Source: Candidatus Omnitrophota bacterium
Lineage (GTDB): Bacteria; Omnitrophota; Omnitrophia; Omnitrophales; Aquincolibacteriaceae
DNA: 64,000 nt
Assembly: GCA_003140935.1 (NCBI GenBank)
Contig: PLLJ01000034.1
Coordinates: 79,505 to 143,504, forward strand
Direction: 5' to 3'
Part shown: positions 29,051 through 39,803 of the stretch, in pieces
Layout: each line of letters starts with the position of its first letter
Position numbering within the stretch: the stretch's first letter is position 1
Notes under the pieces: model-generated
Databases searched by the model: none
Told to the model about the DNA's origin: nothing
The model's input: only the letters and a program-made list of their open reading frames with translations
Program-made: the position numbers and the translations under genes

Positions 29051-30154
29051 TTATTCTTCAAACCGCACCGCCAAACCTTCGTCCAGCAATTCCTGGTTCA
29101 CATAGATGTAGCTGTCGGCCCGGACGGGAACGGCAGGTTCCTGGCGAAGCCGTTCTTGCTCATTGGGGACAAGGGCCACCCAGACATCCGCCAGGTAACG
29201 GTCGTACTTGTCGGACTTAACGGTCCTGATGAGAACGGGCGTTTTGGCTTTAAGGAGCCGCTCTTCGAGAAAAGCCTTGGCCTCCTGGCCGTCGGTGCTT
29301 ACGATCTCCGGAGCGTCCAGCCCGCGCAGACGCAGTTTCTGGACGGTGGTGAATCCGAACCCGAGCGGGACCGCGGCCTTGAGCGTGTCGCCGTCGATCA
29401 CTTCGATCACGTCCACCGGGTAGGTGTAAAGGGCCTCCTCGCCGGCTTGGGATTTTTGAAGCTTCCCTTTTTCAAACGTCACAATATCGCCTTCCTGCAA
29501 ACCGGTTGTGTTCTCCGGCTTGAAATAATTCGAAAACCCGAGGTCCAGCACCAGCGCGCCCGTAAATTCCCCGGCCGTGGCCTTGAGAACGCGATACGTT
29601 CCCGGGATTCCGGGACGGGCCTCGAGAGGGACTTCGGCTGGCAAAGGAGCCCCGGCAGGAACTTTCAGTTTCTTGATTTCCCGGCGAAGTTTTTTCTGCG
29701 ACCAGTGGTGGCTTTCGGCCTGCTTTGTCATTTGCTCTCGTTCTTTTGAATCATTCAAAGAAAGGAGTTCACGATAATGTGCCCAGCTCAATTTCCCCGG
29801 CGCCGGGGCAATTGGGTAAGCCCTGGCGAATCGAAGCATATAGCCTAGTTCCGTGTCACTCACACCCAGATCTTTGGCGAGTTTAAGAAGGACCTGTTTT
29901 CCGTACTCGGCCCGTTCCTGATGAAGCAGAATGTGTTCGTCGATGAGCTTCCCGGTCTCCCACGCCTCACGGACCTTTTCCTGCGCCACGGCCTGCGCAA
30001 CCCGCTTCTGACTTTCGGTCCTCACCTCACGGATCGCCGCCACCAGTTGGTCGTACGTCTCGACCTTCGACAGAGCCGCGGTTTGTGCCTGTAATGCTCC
30101 TGAACTTATGAGAACCAGAATAAGAAAAATACTAAAGATTTTTATTTTTTTCAT
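29051..30154 (-). CDS. secreted nuclease: DUF1016 (YhcG) N-terminal domain fused to staphylococcal-nuclease-like (SNase/thermonuclease) domain
   Basis: Signal peptide MKKIKIFSIFLILVLISSGALQA. YDQLVAAIREVRTESQKRV...ERAEYGKQVLLKLAKDLG...LGYMLRFARAYP matches the YhcG_N (DUF1016) consensus. The C-terminal VIDGDTLKA...LRGLDAPE...KSDKYDRYLADVWV matches the SNase fold motifs. Confidence 0.6.
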   Translation of the reverse strand: MKKIKIFSIFLILVLISSGALQAQTAALSKVETYDQLVAAIREVRTESQKRVAQAVAQEKVREAWETGKLIDEHILLHQERAEYGKQVLLKLAKDLGVSDTELGYMLRFARAYPIAPAPGKLSWAHYRELLSLNDSKEREQMTKQAESHHWSQKKLRREIKKLKVPAGAPLPAEVPLEARPGIPGTYRVLKATAGEFTGALVLDLGFSNYFKPENTTGLQEGDIVTFEKGKLQKSQAGEEALYTYPVDVIEVIDGDTLKAAVPLGFGFTTVQKLRLRGLDAPEIVSTDGQEAKAFLEERLLKAKTPVLIRTVKSDKYDRYLADVWVALVPNEQERLRQEPAVPVRADSYIYVNQELLDEGLAVRFEE

Positions 30155-30642
30155 GACTTCAGCCAATCCAGAGGCCGCCGCCCTGCCATTCGCATACACT
30201 GATCCTTCAGCTTCTTGAGCCGGAGGGTGATGATCTCAATGTCGCCGCTCGGATCGTCAAGCTCCAGGGTGCCTTCTTCGCTGATGTCCTTGATCTCGCC
30301 CGTCGCGATCATTAAATACTGGCGGCAATCGTGGATGAGCATTTCGAGCATATCCAGTGTCCCGTTCTCGGGATACACGGTAAGCGACCGCAGGTCCTTG
30401 CGCTTCCGGGACCAATCCGCGAGGATCCTGCCCGCTCTCCGACCGTCCTCCACCACGACCCAGAGCGCCACGCCCTGCCCGGTATAAAAGGAACGCCCGC
30501 CAAGCTCCCGGGAATCCGTGGCGGCGCGAATCCCGTGCTTGCGCAAATAAGCGATCGCCTTCCGCGCCCCGGCCAAGGTATGGAACCGTTCCAGATTACA
30601 CATTGGTACTGTTTCTTTTTCCTTCCTCATTTTCTTTCCCAT
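30151..30642 (-). CDS. hypothetical protein (possible DUF2007-like small alpha/beta domain)
   Basis: 163 aa; 4-bp ATGA overlap with the downstream nuclease gene suggests translational coupling. Confidence 0.35.
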   Translation of the reverse strand: MGKKMRKEKETVPMCNLERFHTLAGARKAIAYLRKHGIRAATDSRELGGRSFYTGQGVALWVVVEDGRRAGRILADWSRKRKDLRSLTVYPENGTLDMLEMLIHDCRQYLMIATGEIKDISEEGTLELDDPSGDIEIITLRLKKLKDQCMRMAGRRPLDWLKS

Positions 30643-30664
30643 TGCCGCCCCCCCTGTCTCTCTG

Positions 30665-30692
30665 TGCCGTATATCATATATGATATACGGCA
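30665..30692. promoter_or_regulatory. perfect 28-bp palindrome, candidate operator
   Basis: TGCCGTATATCATAT|ATGATATACGGCA, located 23 nt upstream of the 30151-30642 start codon. Confidence 0.4.
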
Positions 30693-30725
30693 GGATCCTC
30701 CACTTGAGGTTTACTTCTGACTTCC

Positions 30726-31580
30726 TTACGTGCCACCCGAATTACCAGACCCCTTTTTATTTAAAAAAAATGGTGTTCGTATTTCATCAAGAAAGGGAAC
30801 ATCTTCTAGTTTGACCTCGGGAGGGTTTATTGTATCGATATCTAAATATTTTTGACTAAAAACTAACACGTATGAATTTAAAAAAATGGAAAATGCGTGC
30901 GCAATCGATGTCACTTCATCGATCATTTTTTCAAACTTGCCTTTCAACTCATCTGGATCATTCCCTTGTATTCCTAAAGCCTGCAAAATCATGAGTTGGT
31001 GTGAAAGAACATAACAACAATTTCCATCTGTTTCCCCTAAGAAAATATGTGGGTCTTTGATAACATTAAATTTCTTTCGCTGATGGAAAGCTTGCTCCAA
31101 GTCATAGTGAAAACCAAATTTATTACGTAATCGTTTGAGCAAATTATTCTTTAAAAAATAATCCTGTATTTTTTCATTTGCTTTTTTAGCTTCACCGCTC
31201 ATTGCCGGCATAAAAGTATCGGCTAATGGCCTTAGCTTCAATTTCGTAATTTTCTTTTGCTTTGTTTTGAATGCTCTACACTTCAGCGGAGTACCTGGAT
31301 TTGCATAAAAGCCAAGCTGTATGAAATCAAAAGTTTCACAACACATACCAGCCAGCATCCTTATAAAACAAAATGATTGGGCAACTTGAGCGCTGGTTTC
31401 TGGAGAATTAGGATTATTTAGAGGCATCGCGGCAGTCGAATGCAAAATAGCCTTCTGGAGAACAGATATATCGTTAAGAATGCTCATAGCCCTTAAGAAA
31501 AACGCCGTTTCCTGCTGCGGAGCCTTTCCGAGCATATCAATAGGAATTTTTAATTCATAAAGAAATAATGATTTACCCAT
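30726..31580 (-). CDS. hypothetical protein in a strongly AT-rich (about 37 % GC) gene; possible HEPN-like RNase (R-x5-H)
   Basis: 284 aa. GC content drops sharply relative to the flanks. LRNKFGFHYD provides a single Rx4-6H motif; no other recognisable domain. Confidence 0.4.
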   Translation of the reverse strand: MGKSLFLYELKIPIDMLGKAPQQETAFFLRAMSILNDISVLQKAILHSTAAMPLNNPNSPETSAQVAQSFCFIRMLAGMCCETFDFIQLGFYANPGTPLKCRAFKTKQKKITKLKLRPLADTFMPAMSGEAKKANEKIQDYFLKNNLLKRLRNKFGFHYDLEQAFHQRKKFNVIKDPHIFLGETDGNCCYVLSHQLMILQALGIQGNDPDELKGKFEKMIDEVTSIAHAFSIFLNSYVLVFSQKYLDIDTINPPEVKLEDVPFLDEIRTPFFLNKKGSGNSGGT

Positions 31581-31613
31581 TTATCCTTATAAAAATTAAA
31601 ACGCAAAGACGCA

Positions 31614-33707
<2,094 letters not shown>

Positions 33708-33710
33708 TTA

Positions 33711-34430
33711 TTAAGAAATAAGTCTTTCCGCCAGGAACCGCGGCAGTCCCGCCGCCAGGATTTTTTGCGCGGCTTTCTTATTATTATAAGGGAGACGGAC
33801 GATTTCAAACATTAATTCCTCCGGGTCGAAGATCCCGAACGAAAGACGCAGGTCCCGGTCGCGGGGCTGGCCGATGCTCCCGGGGTTGAGAAGATAGCGC
33901 TCTCCTTTTTTCAGCGGATGGACCCCTTCTTTTAAATAGCCCAAGGTCTGCTCTTTTTCGGCAAAAAAGGAGGGGATGTGCGTGTGGCCCACGAACCCGA
34001 ATTTTTCCCGGAAGGCCATAAAGGATTTGTGTGCGTCGGCAGGTTCCAACAGGTAATGGAACTCTTCCGGATCGTGAAGTGTTCCGTGGGCCAGAATGAC
34101 TTCGCCCTCTCTTTGAAGATACGGCAGGTCTTTGATCTTCTGGGTCAATTCGGGCCTCAGCCGCTCCGCCGTCCATTGGATCGCGATACGGGCCCAATCT
34201 GTAAATTTCAACTGCACCTTTTCATGGATCACCGCGGCCTCATGGTTCCCGAGAATATGAAACCCGGCGTTGCCGAGCGCCCACTCAAGGCATTCGTTCG
34301 GATTGGCGCCATACCCCACGGAATCACCCAGGACAAAAAAACGGGAGAGACCTCGCTTCTCAGCACATTCCAGCGCGGCCTCAAGCGCCTCCAGATTCCC
34401 GTGAATATCTGCGAAGATCGCGTGCTTCAT
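33711..34430 (-). CDS. metallophosphoesterase (calcineurin-like phosphoesterase family)
   Basis: MKHAIFADIHGNLEALEA...VLGDSVGYGANP...GNHE metal-binding motifs. Confidence 0.75.
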   Translation of the reverse strand: MKHAIFADIHGNLEALEAALECAEKRGLSRFFVLGDSVGYGANPNECLEWALGNAGFHILGNHEAAVIHEKVQLKFTDWARIAIQWTAERLRPELTQKIKDLPYLQREGEVILAHGTLHDPEEFHYLLEPADAHKSFMAFREKFGFVGHTHIPSFFAEKEQTLGYLKEGVHPLKKGERYLLNPGSIGQPRDRDLRLSFGIFDPEELMFEIVRLPYNNKKAAQKILAAGLPRFLAERLIS

Positions 34431-34454
34431 GGCGTTCTAGCACCGTTTCAAGTT

Positions 34455-34730
34455 TTAGTAAGCTATCCCGAACCCCTTAAACGTTCCTTGCGCATTCGAC
34501 CAGTGGGCCTCAACGTCCCGGATATAATCTTTCATGCCGGAGCCGCGGATCGCCGTCAGAAAATCGACCAGCGTCGTCTCTTCGCCCTCGGCCACGACCT
34601 CGACGCGTCCGTCGTCCAGATTACGGACAAAACCGCTCACGGAAAAACGCCGCGCCAGGCGTTCCGCCGTAAAACGGAAGCCCACTCCCTGGACCGTTCC
34701 GCTGAAAAAAACCTGCATCCGTTTCATCGA
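34455..34730 (-). CDS. acyP: acylphosphatase
   Basis: VFFSGTVQGVGFRFTAERLARRFSVSGFVRNLDDGRVEV is the acylphosphatase signature. Start taken at MKRMQVFF. Confidence 0.75.
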   Translation of the reverse strand, partial: SMKRMQVFFSGTVQGVGFRFTAERLARRFSVSGFVRNLDDGRVEVVAEGEETTLVDFLTAIRGSGMKDYIRDVEAHWSNAQGTFKGFGIAY

Positions 34731-34749
34731 TGCGGGCAGCGCACAACGA

Positions 34750-35472
34750 TCAACGCTCAACGTTTTTGAAGATACGTTGCGCCTTGTCCGCCAAAGGACG
34801 GATCCGTCCGACGCATTGTGGCGGACGTGTTGCGCTTCGTGCCCTGTCCTTTCTTAGCAAATTCCCAATGTGAAAAGCGGCCACCCCGAACGCGACGCTC
34901 ACGTTCAGAGAGTTTTTCAGCCCCGCCATCTCGATCTCGATCGTTTGGTCACACAAGGACAGAAGTTTTTCGGAGACACCGGTCACTTCATTTCCCACGA
35001 TCAGACAAACCGGTGCGGCGGGTTCATAATCCTGATAAGGAATACTGCCCGCGACCTGCTCCAGAAGGACGATCTGGTAGCCTTGGGACTTGAGTTTGCG
35101 TACGACCGAGCGGACGTCTTCCCGGTATTCCCAGGGAACTTCTTTTTCGGCACCCAAGGCGGTTTTGGTGATCTGGGTGTCCGGCGGGAATCCCGTGATC
35201 CCGCAGATCCAGATCTTTTCGACCCCGATGCCGTCCGCGGTCCTGAAGATCGATCCCACGTTATAGAGGCTCCGGATATCGTTCAGGACCACGCAAAACG
35301 GAAGCCGTGGTTCCTTTTGCCGGTCTTGCTGGCGGGCGAGAAGTTCCGGATGGCTTAATTTTCTCACGGCAAAGTCGCGGGCTTTTTTTTGTCCCAGGAA
35401 AGATAACGGCGATAACCCCAGTGGTACACGGATTCCGGGACCTGGCGAAGGAGCCACATCACGATCCCCCAC
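34750..35472 (-). CDS. TrmH/SpoU-family RNA 2'-O-methyltransferase
   Basis: SPOUT motifs NVGSIFRTADGIGV...VLLEQVAGSIPY...LIVGNEVTGVS. The N-terminal about 35 aa overlaps the upstream SDR gene, so the true start is probably further in. Confidence 0.65.
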   Translation of the reverse strand: MGDRDVAPSPGPGIRVPLGLSPLSFLGQKKARDFAVRKLSHPELLARQQDRQKEPRLPFCVVLNDIRSLYNVGSIFRTADGIGVEKIWICGITGFPPDTQITKTALGAEKEVPWEYREDVRSVVRKLKSQGYQIVLLEQVAGSIPYQDYEPAAPVCLIVGNEVTGVSEKLLSLCDQTIEIEMAGLKNSLNVSVAFGVAAFHIGNLLRKDRARSATRPPQCVGRIRPLADKAQRIFKNVER

Positions 35473-36137
35473 CAGGACGGCACGTACGCGATCCTCTTCC
35501 CTTTCCGGACGGCCTCATAAATATCCTCTGCGGCTTTTTCCGGAGAAATGATCCCGAAGAGCCCCTTGCGGCCGCGCACCATTTCCGTGTCGACAAAACC
35601 GGGACGGATATCGACCACTTGGATGGCCGTATTTGAAAATTTCTGCCGCAAACCTTCCATATAGTTGGAAACAAAAGCCTTGGAAGCGTTGTAGGCCGGG
35701 GAACGGCCGCTGCCGCGGTGAGCGGCCACCGAAGAGATCCCGACAATGCAACCGGCGCCTTTTTGCAGAAAATAATCCGCCGCCACATTGGCCACGGCCG
35801 CAAAGCCAAGTGCGTTCACCTTGATCATTTCTTCCTCAAGGTTCCATTGCAATGGTTCATTTTGAAAAAGCACTCCGGCATTAATGACCATCAGATCCAG
35901 ATCGTGTAAAGCCATGATCAGGTTCCGGAAGTTATGGATCGCCTCACGCGTGTCGCGAACATCGATCTCCCGGGCCAGGCTTTCCCCGGGCAATTCCTTT
36001 TGCAGTTCCTGCAATCTTTCAAGCGAGCGTCCGGTCAGCGCGACCAGGTAACCTTCGGCGGAGAGTTTCTTGGCCAACGCACGGCCGATCCCGGTGCTGG
36101 AACCGACCACGATGGCTTTTTTCTTGGAGGATTTCAT
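35364..36137 (-). CDS. SDR-family oxidoreductase
   Basis: TGxxxGIG (VVGSSTGIGRALA), NAG, and YNASK catalytic Tyr-Lys. Confidence 0.75.
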   Translation of the reverse strand: MKSSKKKAIVVGSSTGIGRALAKKLSAEGYLVALTGRSLERLQELQKELPGESLAREIDVRDTREAIHNFRNLIMALHDLDLMVINAGVLFQNEPLQWNLEEEMIKVNALGFAAVANVAADYFLQKGAGCIVGISSVAAHRGSGRSPAYNASKAFVSNYMEGLRQKFSNTAIQVVDIRPGFVDTEMVRGRKGLFGIISPEKAAEDIYEAVRKGKRIAYVPSWWGIVMWLLRQVPESVYHWGYRRYLSWDKKKPATLP

Positions 36138-36156
36138 TGATTTTTCGCTTGCTTGG

Positions 36157-36357
36157 TTACCGCTTTTTTAAATGAAGCGAAAGGAATTTTTCCACAGACC
36201 GGTCATAGGTTCTTTCGACGTCTTTGGGAAAATAACAGGCAGGCAACTGGTTCTGGGCCCGGTGGTAAGCCACACACTCACAGCAGACCCCCTTGCGGGG
36301 GCAAGAATCGTAGGTGCAATTGCAATGCTTCTTGTTGACCTCGATCTGACATTCCAT
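36157..36357 (-). CDS. small cysteine-rich protein (conserved CNCTY..C....CC.C..YH family)
   Basis: 66 aa from MECQIEVNKKHCNCTYDSCPRKGVCCECVAYHR: eight Cys in a compact pattern. Confidence 0.45.
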   Translation of the reverse strand: MECQIEVNKKHCNCTYDSCPRKGVCCECVAYHRAQNQLPACYFPKDVERTYDRSVEKFLSLHLKKR

Positions 36358-36385
36358 CGGCACCCTCACCTCGGATGGTAAAAAA

Positions 36386-36460
36386 TGGTCGGGGTGATAG
36401 GATTTGAACCTACGACCTCTCGGTCCCGAACCGAGCGCACTACCTCTGTGCTACACCCCG
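36386..36460 (-). tRNA. tRNA-Pro (anticodon CGG), CCA encoded
   Basis: Minus strand: CGGGGTGTAGCACAGAGGTAGTGCGCTCGGTTCGGGACCGAGAGGTCGTAGGTTCAAATCCTATCACCCCGACCA. Anticodon loop TTCGGGA. Confidence 0.85.
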
Positions 36461-36591
36461 ACGATATTCATATGCAATGATTTTATCTGTTCATTCAGTC
36501 CGCAAAAGGCGGACCCGGATTTTCCGCCAGACAGCGCGGCGGACCTGTCCCAAAGCGCTGTCGGACGGACCCGCCATCGCTTTTTGGCGGG

Positions 36592-36648
36592 GAACCTACG
36601 ACCTCTCGGTCCCGAACCGAGCGCACTACCTCTGTGCTACACCCCGAC
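36592..36648 (-). repeat. partial tandem duplicate of the tRNA-Pro(CGG) 5' portion (acceptor/D/anticodon arms, no T-arm)
   Basis: About 57 nt identical to 36404-36460 (aacctacgacctctcggtcccgaaccgagcgcactacctctgtgctacaccccgac), separated from the intact gene by about 130 bp. Confidence 0.7.
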
Positions 36649-36747
36649 AACTGAATAATCCGGTTATTTTAAAATATCGATCTGTGATTATTGGCGTGTC
36701 AGGGCGGGGATTATATCACCCTCATTAGGAGTATTCAATCAAAGGCA

Positions 36748-38502
36748 TTAATCCACCGCCAGATCGGCGGTGGCGGCAACCTGCTCGGGAGTGAGCTTGG
36801 GAGAAACGCTTTCACGAGAAGGTTGCGATCCTTGGGTCATAAGCGCGGCCTCCATGACTTCCTTAAAAACAGGCGCGGCAACGGTCCCGCCGTAATAAAG
36901 AGGCCGTGCTTCATCCAGTACGACCACCATGGCATAACGGGGATTTTCCGCCGGCGCGAATCCCACAAAGGTAGACATGAACGCTGAATGGGAGTAGCCT
37001 CTGCCTCCCGGAAGGATCTTTTGCGCGGTGCCGGTCTTGCCGCCGACCGGAATGTCCGGGATCTTCGCCTTCGTGCCGGTGCCTCTTTCCACCACCTGCG
37101 TAAGGATTCTTCGCATGGTCGCGGCCGTTTCGGGTGTGATCACCCGCTTTTTCACAATAGGTTTTTTCTCCTTGAGGATGACTCCCGCAGAATCCTGGAC
37201 CTTGGAAATAATATAAGGTTTTACAAGATTTCCCCCGTTCGCGATCACCGACATCGCAGTCACCATCTGCAGGGCCGTGACCATCACCTCTTGCCCCATC
37301 GGAATGTTGTACGGCGAGGTCTTGGACCATTGAGAGGGCGGCCTCGTATACCCGGGCGCCTCTCCGGCCAGGTCGATACCGCTCCAGGTCCCGAACCCGA
37401 AACCTGTCACATAATTTTGGAATTTCTGCGCCCCCATCTTGAGCCCGATCTTCACGGCCCCGATATTGCTCGACTTTACGATCACTTCCTCCATAGGCAT
37501 CATGCCATAAGGGTGGACATCGTGAAGCACTTTGATGCCATAATTCCACTTTCCATTTTCGCAATTAATGACCGTTTCCGGGGTGACCGTGCCCTCATTC
37601 AGCGCGCCGCTCGCGGTCACGATCTTGAATACCGAGCCGGGTTCGTACATGTCCGTGATCGCACGGTTGCGTTTCGCGTCAGGACCCGCCTGGGAGTAAT
37701 GGTTGGGATCAAAACCCGGTTGGTTCGCCATCGCCAAGATTTCGCCCGTTTGGGGATCCATCACGATCGCCCATGCACCCTTGGCCTTCCACTGTTTGAA
37801 GGCCTGTTCAAGCGCCTTCTCGGTTAAGTACTGAAGATGTTGATCGATCGTCAGCACGACACGGTTCCCGTCGACCACGGGAAGACTTTTGATTTCGAAG
37901 GCTTTGATCTCACGTCCCTTGGCGTCGCGCTGGGTCACGCGCTTGCCGGGCCTTCCGCGAAGATCGCCATCCATAGACCGTTCGAGCCCCTCCACTCCCT
38001 GATTGTCCACCGTAGAAAATCCGAGCACCTGCGCCAGCATGGTTCCCTGGGGATAGAACCGTTTGTATTCTTCAAGAATACCCAAATCGGGGCATTGGAG
38101 TTTCCTGATCTTTTCGGACTCCTCAAAAGTGACGCGCCGTTTGAGCCACACGAACGATTTATCCCGGCTCAATCGCTCCATCACCCATTTAGGGTCCAGG
38201 CCCAGGATCTTCGCGATCTCCCGACTGAGGCCTGCGCGTTCATCGTCTTTCAGAGCGCGAGGTACCGCATAAATGGACGGGATCTTGAGATTGGTAACAA
38301 ACTCTTTTCCGTGGCGGTCCGTGATAGGCCCCCGCAAGGGCGGCACATCGATCGTCAAATAATGCTGGCGATGCGCAAGAGTAAGAAGTGAGGACTGATG
38401 GAACCAGGTCAGCTGGACGATCTGATAGATCACGAGACCAAAAAGAATGAACAGAACGATGTAGAGGAACCAAAACCGACGCGGCGAAAGCAACGCACGC
38501 AT
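36748..38502 (-). CDS. ftsI: peptidoglycan D,D-transpeptidase FtsI (PBP3-type class B PBP)
   Basis: N-terminal TM, dimerisation domain, and transpeptidase motifs GSVFK, SSN, KTGTAQK. Position after ftsL and rsmH. Confidence 0.8.
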   Translation of the reverse strand: MRALLSPRRFWFLYIVLFILFGLVIYQIVQLTWFHQSSLLTLAHRQHYLTIDVPPLRGPITDRHGKEFVTNLKIPSIYAVPRALKDDERAGLSREIAKILGLDPKWVMERLSRDKSFVWLKRRVTFEESEKIRKLQCPDLGILEEYKRFYPQGTMLAQVLGFSTVDNQGVEGLERSMDGDLRGRPGKRVTQRDAKGREIKAFEIKSLPVVDGNRVVLTIDQHLQYLTEKALEQAFKQWKAKGAWAIVMDPQTGEILAMANQPGFDPNHYSQAGPDAKRNRAITDMYEPGSVFKIVTASGALNEGTVTPETVINCENGKWNYGIKVLHDVHPYGMMPMEEVIVKSSNIGAVKIGLKMGAQKFQNYVTGFGFGTWSGIDLAGEAPGYTRPPSQWSKTSPYNIPMGQEVMVTALQMVTAMSVIANGGNLVKPYIISKVQDSAGVILKEKKPIVKKRVITPETAATMRRILTQVVERGTGTKAKIPDIPVGGKTGTAQKILPGGRGYSHSAFMSTFVGFAPAENPRYAMVVVLDEARPLYYGGTVAAPVFKEVMEAALMTQGSQPSRESVSPKLTPEQVAATADLAVD

Positions 38503-38505
38503 TTT

Positions 38506-38898
38506 TTAGGAGGAAAGATCTGTTTTTGCCTGGGCCGTTTGGATCCACCGGCCAAGAAAACTCGTCACCTTGGAAGAAAGAGTGCTCGTGACCTTGGGTC
38601 CCGACGAGGCGGGAATCACAAGCTCGGAAACGGGCGGCACTTCCACCACTTGGATCTTGTTAGGAATCGCTAATCCCATGTCATGATGTTTCATTTTCGC
38701 TTCTAGCAGGCGGGGGGCCCTCAACTGGTCGACCTTGAATTGAAATTTTCGAAGTATCTCTTGTTTCTCGGCCAACGCGCGGGAACTCGTATGGATATCG
38801 AAAGAGACTAGAACGGAAGCAATTTGTAAATGCACATAGAAAAGCATTGCGCAAGTCAGGATGGCTATAAGCACTAAAATCTTTCCGCTGCCTTTCAT
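38506..38898 (-). CDS. ftsL: cell division protein FtsL-like
   Basis: 130 aa: short cytoplasmic N-terminus, one TM, coiled coil. Conserved position between rsmH and ftsI. Confidence 0.55.
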   Translation of the reverse strand: MKGSGKILVLIAILTCAMLFYVHLQIASVLVSFDIHTSSRALAEKQEILRKFQFKVDQLRAPRLLEAKMKHHDMGLAIPNKIQVVEVPPVSELVIPASSGPKVTSTLSSKVTSFLGRWIQTAQAKTDLSS

Positions 38899-39803
38899 GA
38901 TATTTTTTCGATCACTCTCAGTTTGGCGCTTCTTGCTCTTGGATTATTCAATATTTCCGAACGGTTTGCAACTACTGGTTTACGAAAAATCAAACTTCCG
39001 CGCTCCTCGTCGTCCCATTTCCGGAACTGACGCTTCACGATCCTGTCCTCCATCGAATGAAAGCTGATAATTCCGAGCCGCCCGGTCTTAGTGAGATGAT
39101 CGAACGCCGCGGTCATACCTTCCTTGAGCGCTTCCAACTCATCATTGACTCCGATCCGGAGAGCCTGGAACACTTTGGTCGAGGGGTGACGCCGTGCCCA
39201 GGATGGCCTCTGCCCTTTTTTAAATCTCATATGGGCGGGCAACGCTTGTTCCAGCGTCTGGTTGAGATCTTCGATCGTACGGATGGGTTGTTGCCGCCGT
39301 CTTTCTACAATGACACGGGCAAAACGGCGTGAGTTGCGTTCTTCGCCATAATGATAGAAAAGATCCGCAAGCTCGGCTTCAGACATTTGAGCGAGCAGTT
39401 CTGAAGCCTTAAGACCGACTTCCGGGTTCATCCGCATATCCAATTCCCCTTCCGTTTGGAAACTGAAACCGCGCTTCCCATCCGCCAATTGTTCCGACGA
39501 GGTCCCGATATCTAAGAGTACTGCGTCGAATGCCGCCACTCCCAGTCCCGAAAAGACTTTCTCTAAATTCCTGAAATTCTCGTGCACCAACGTGACCCGC
39601 GGATCCTTTTGGAACAACACACGGCAACGCGCGATCGCCTCAGGATCCTGATCAAATCCGATCAATTTTCCTGAGGGACCTATTACCCCGAGGATCGCCT
39701 CCGCATGCCCTCCGCTCCCGAGGGTCCCATCCATCACAACAGCCCCGGGTTTTAAAGCGAAAGACCCAAGAACTTCCTGTAAAAGAACGGGGTTATGCCG
39801 CAA
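38895..39803 (-). CDS. rsmH: 16S rRNA (cytosine1402-N4)-methyltransferase RsmH (MraW)
   Basis: VMDGTLGSGGHAEAIL, DQDPEA and LLDIGTSSEQL motifs. Confidence 0.9.
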   Translation of the reverse strand: MRHNPVLLQEVLGSFALKPGAVVMDGTLGSGGHAEAILGVIGPSGKLIGFDQDPEAIARCRVLFQKDPRVTLVHENFRNLEKVFSGLGVAAFDAVLLDIGTSSEQLADGKRGFSFQTEGELDMRMNPEVGLKASELLAQMSEAELADLFYHYGEERNSRRFARVIVERRRQQPIRTIEDLNQTLEQALPAHMRFKKGQRPSWARRHPSTKVFQALRIGVNDELEALKEGMTAAFDHLTKTGRLGIISFHSMEDRIVKRQFRKWDDEERGSLIFRKPVVANRSEILNNPRARSAKLRVIEKIS

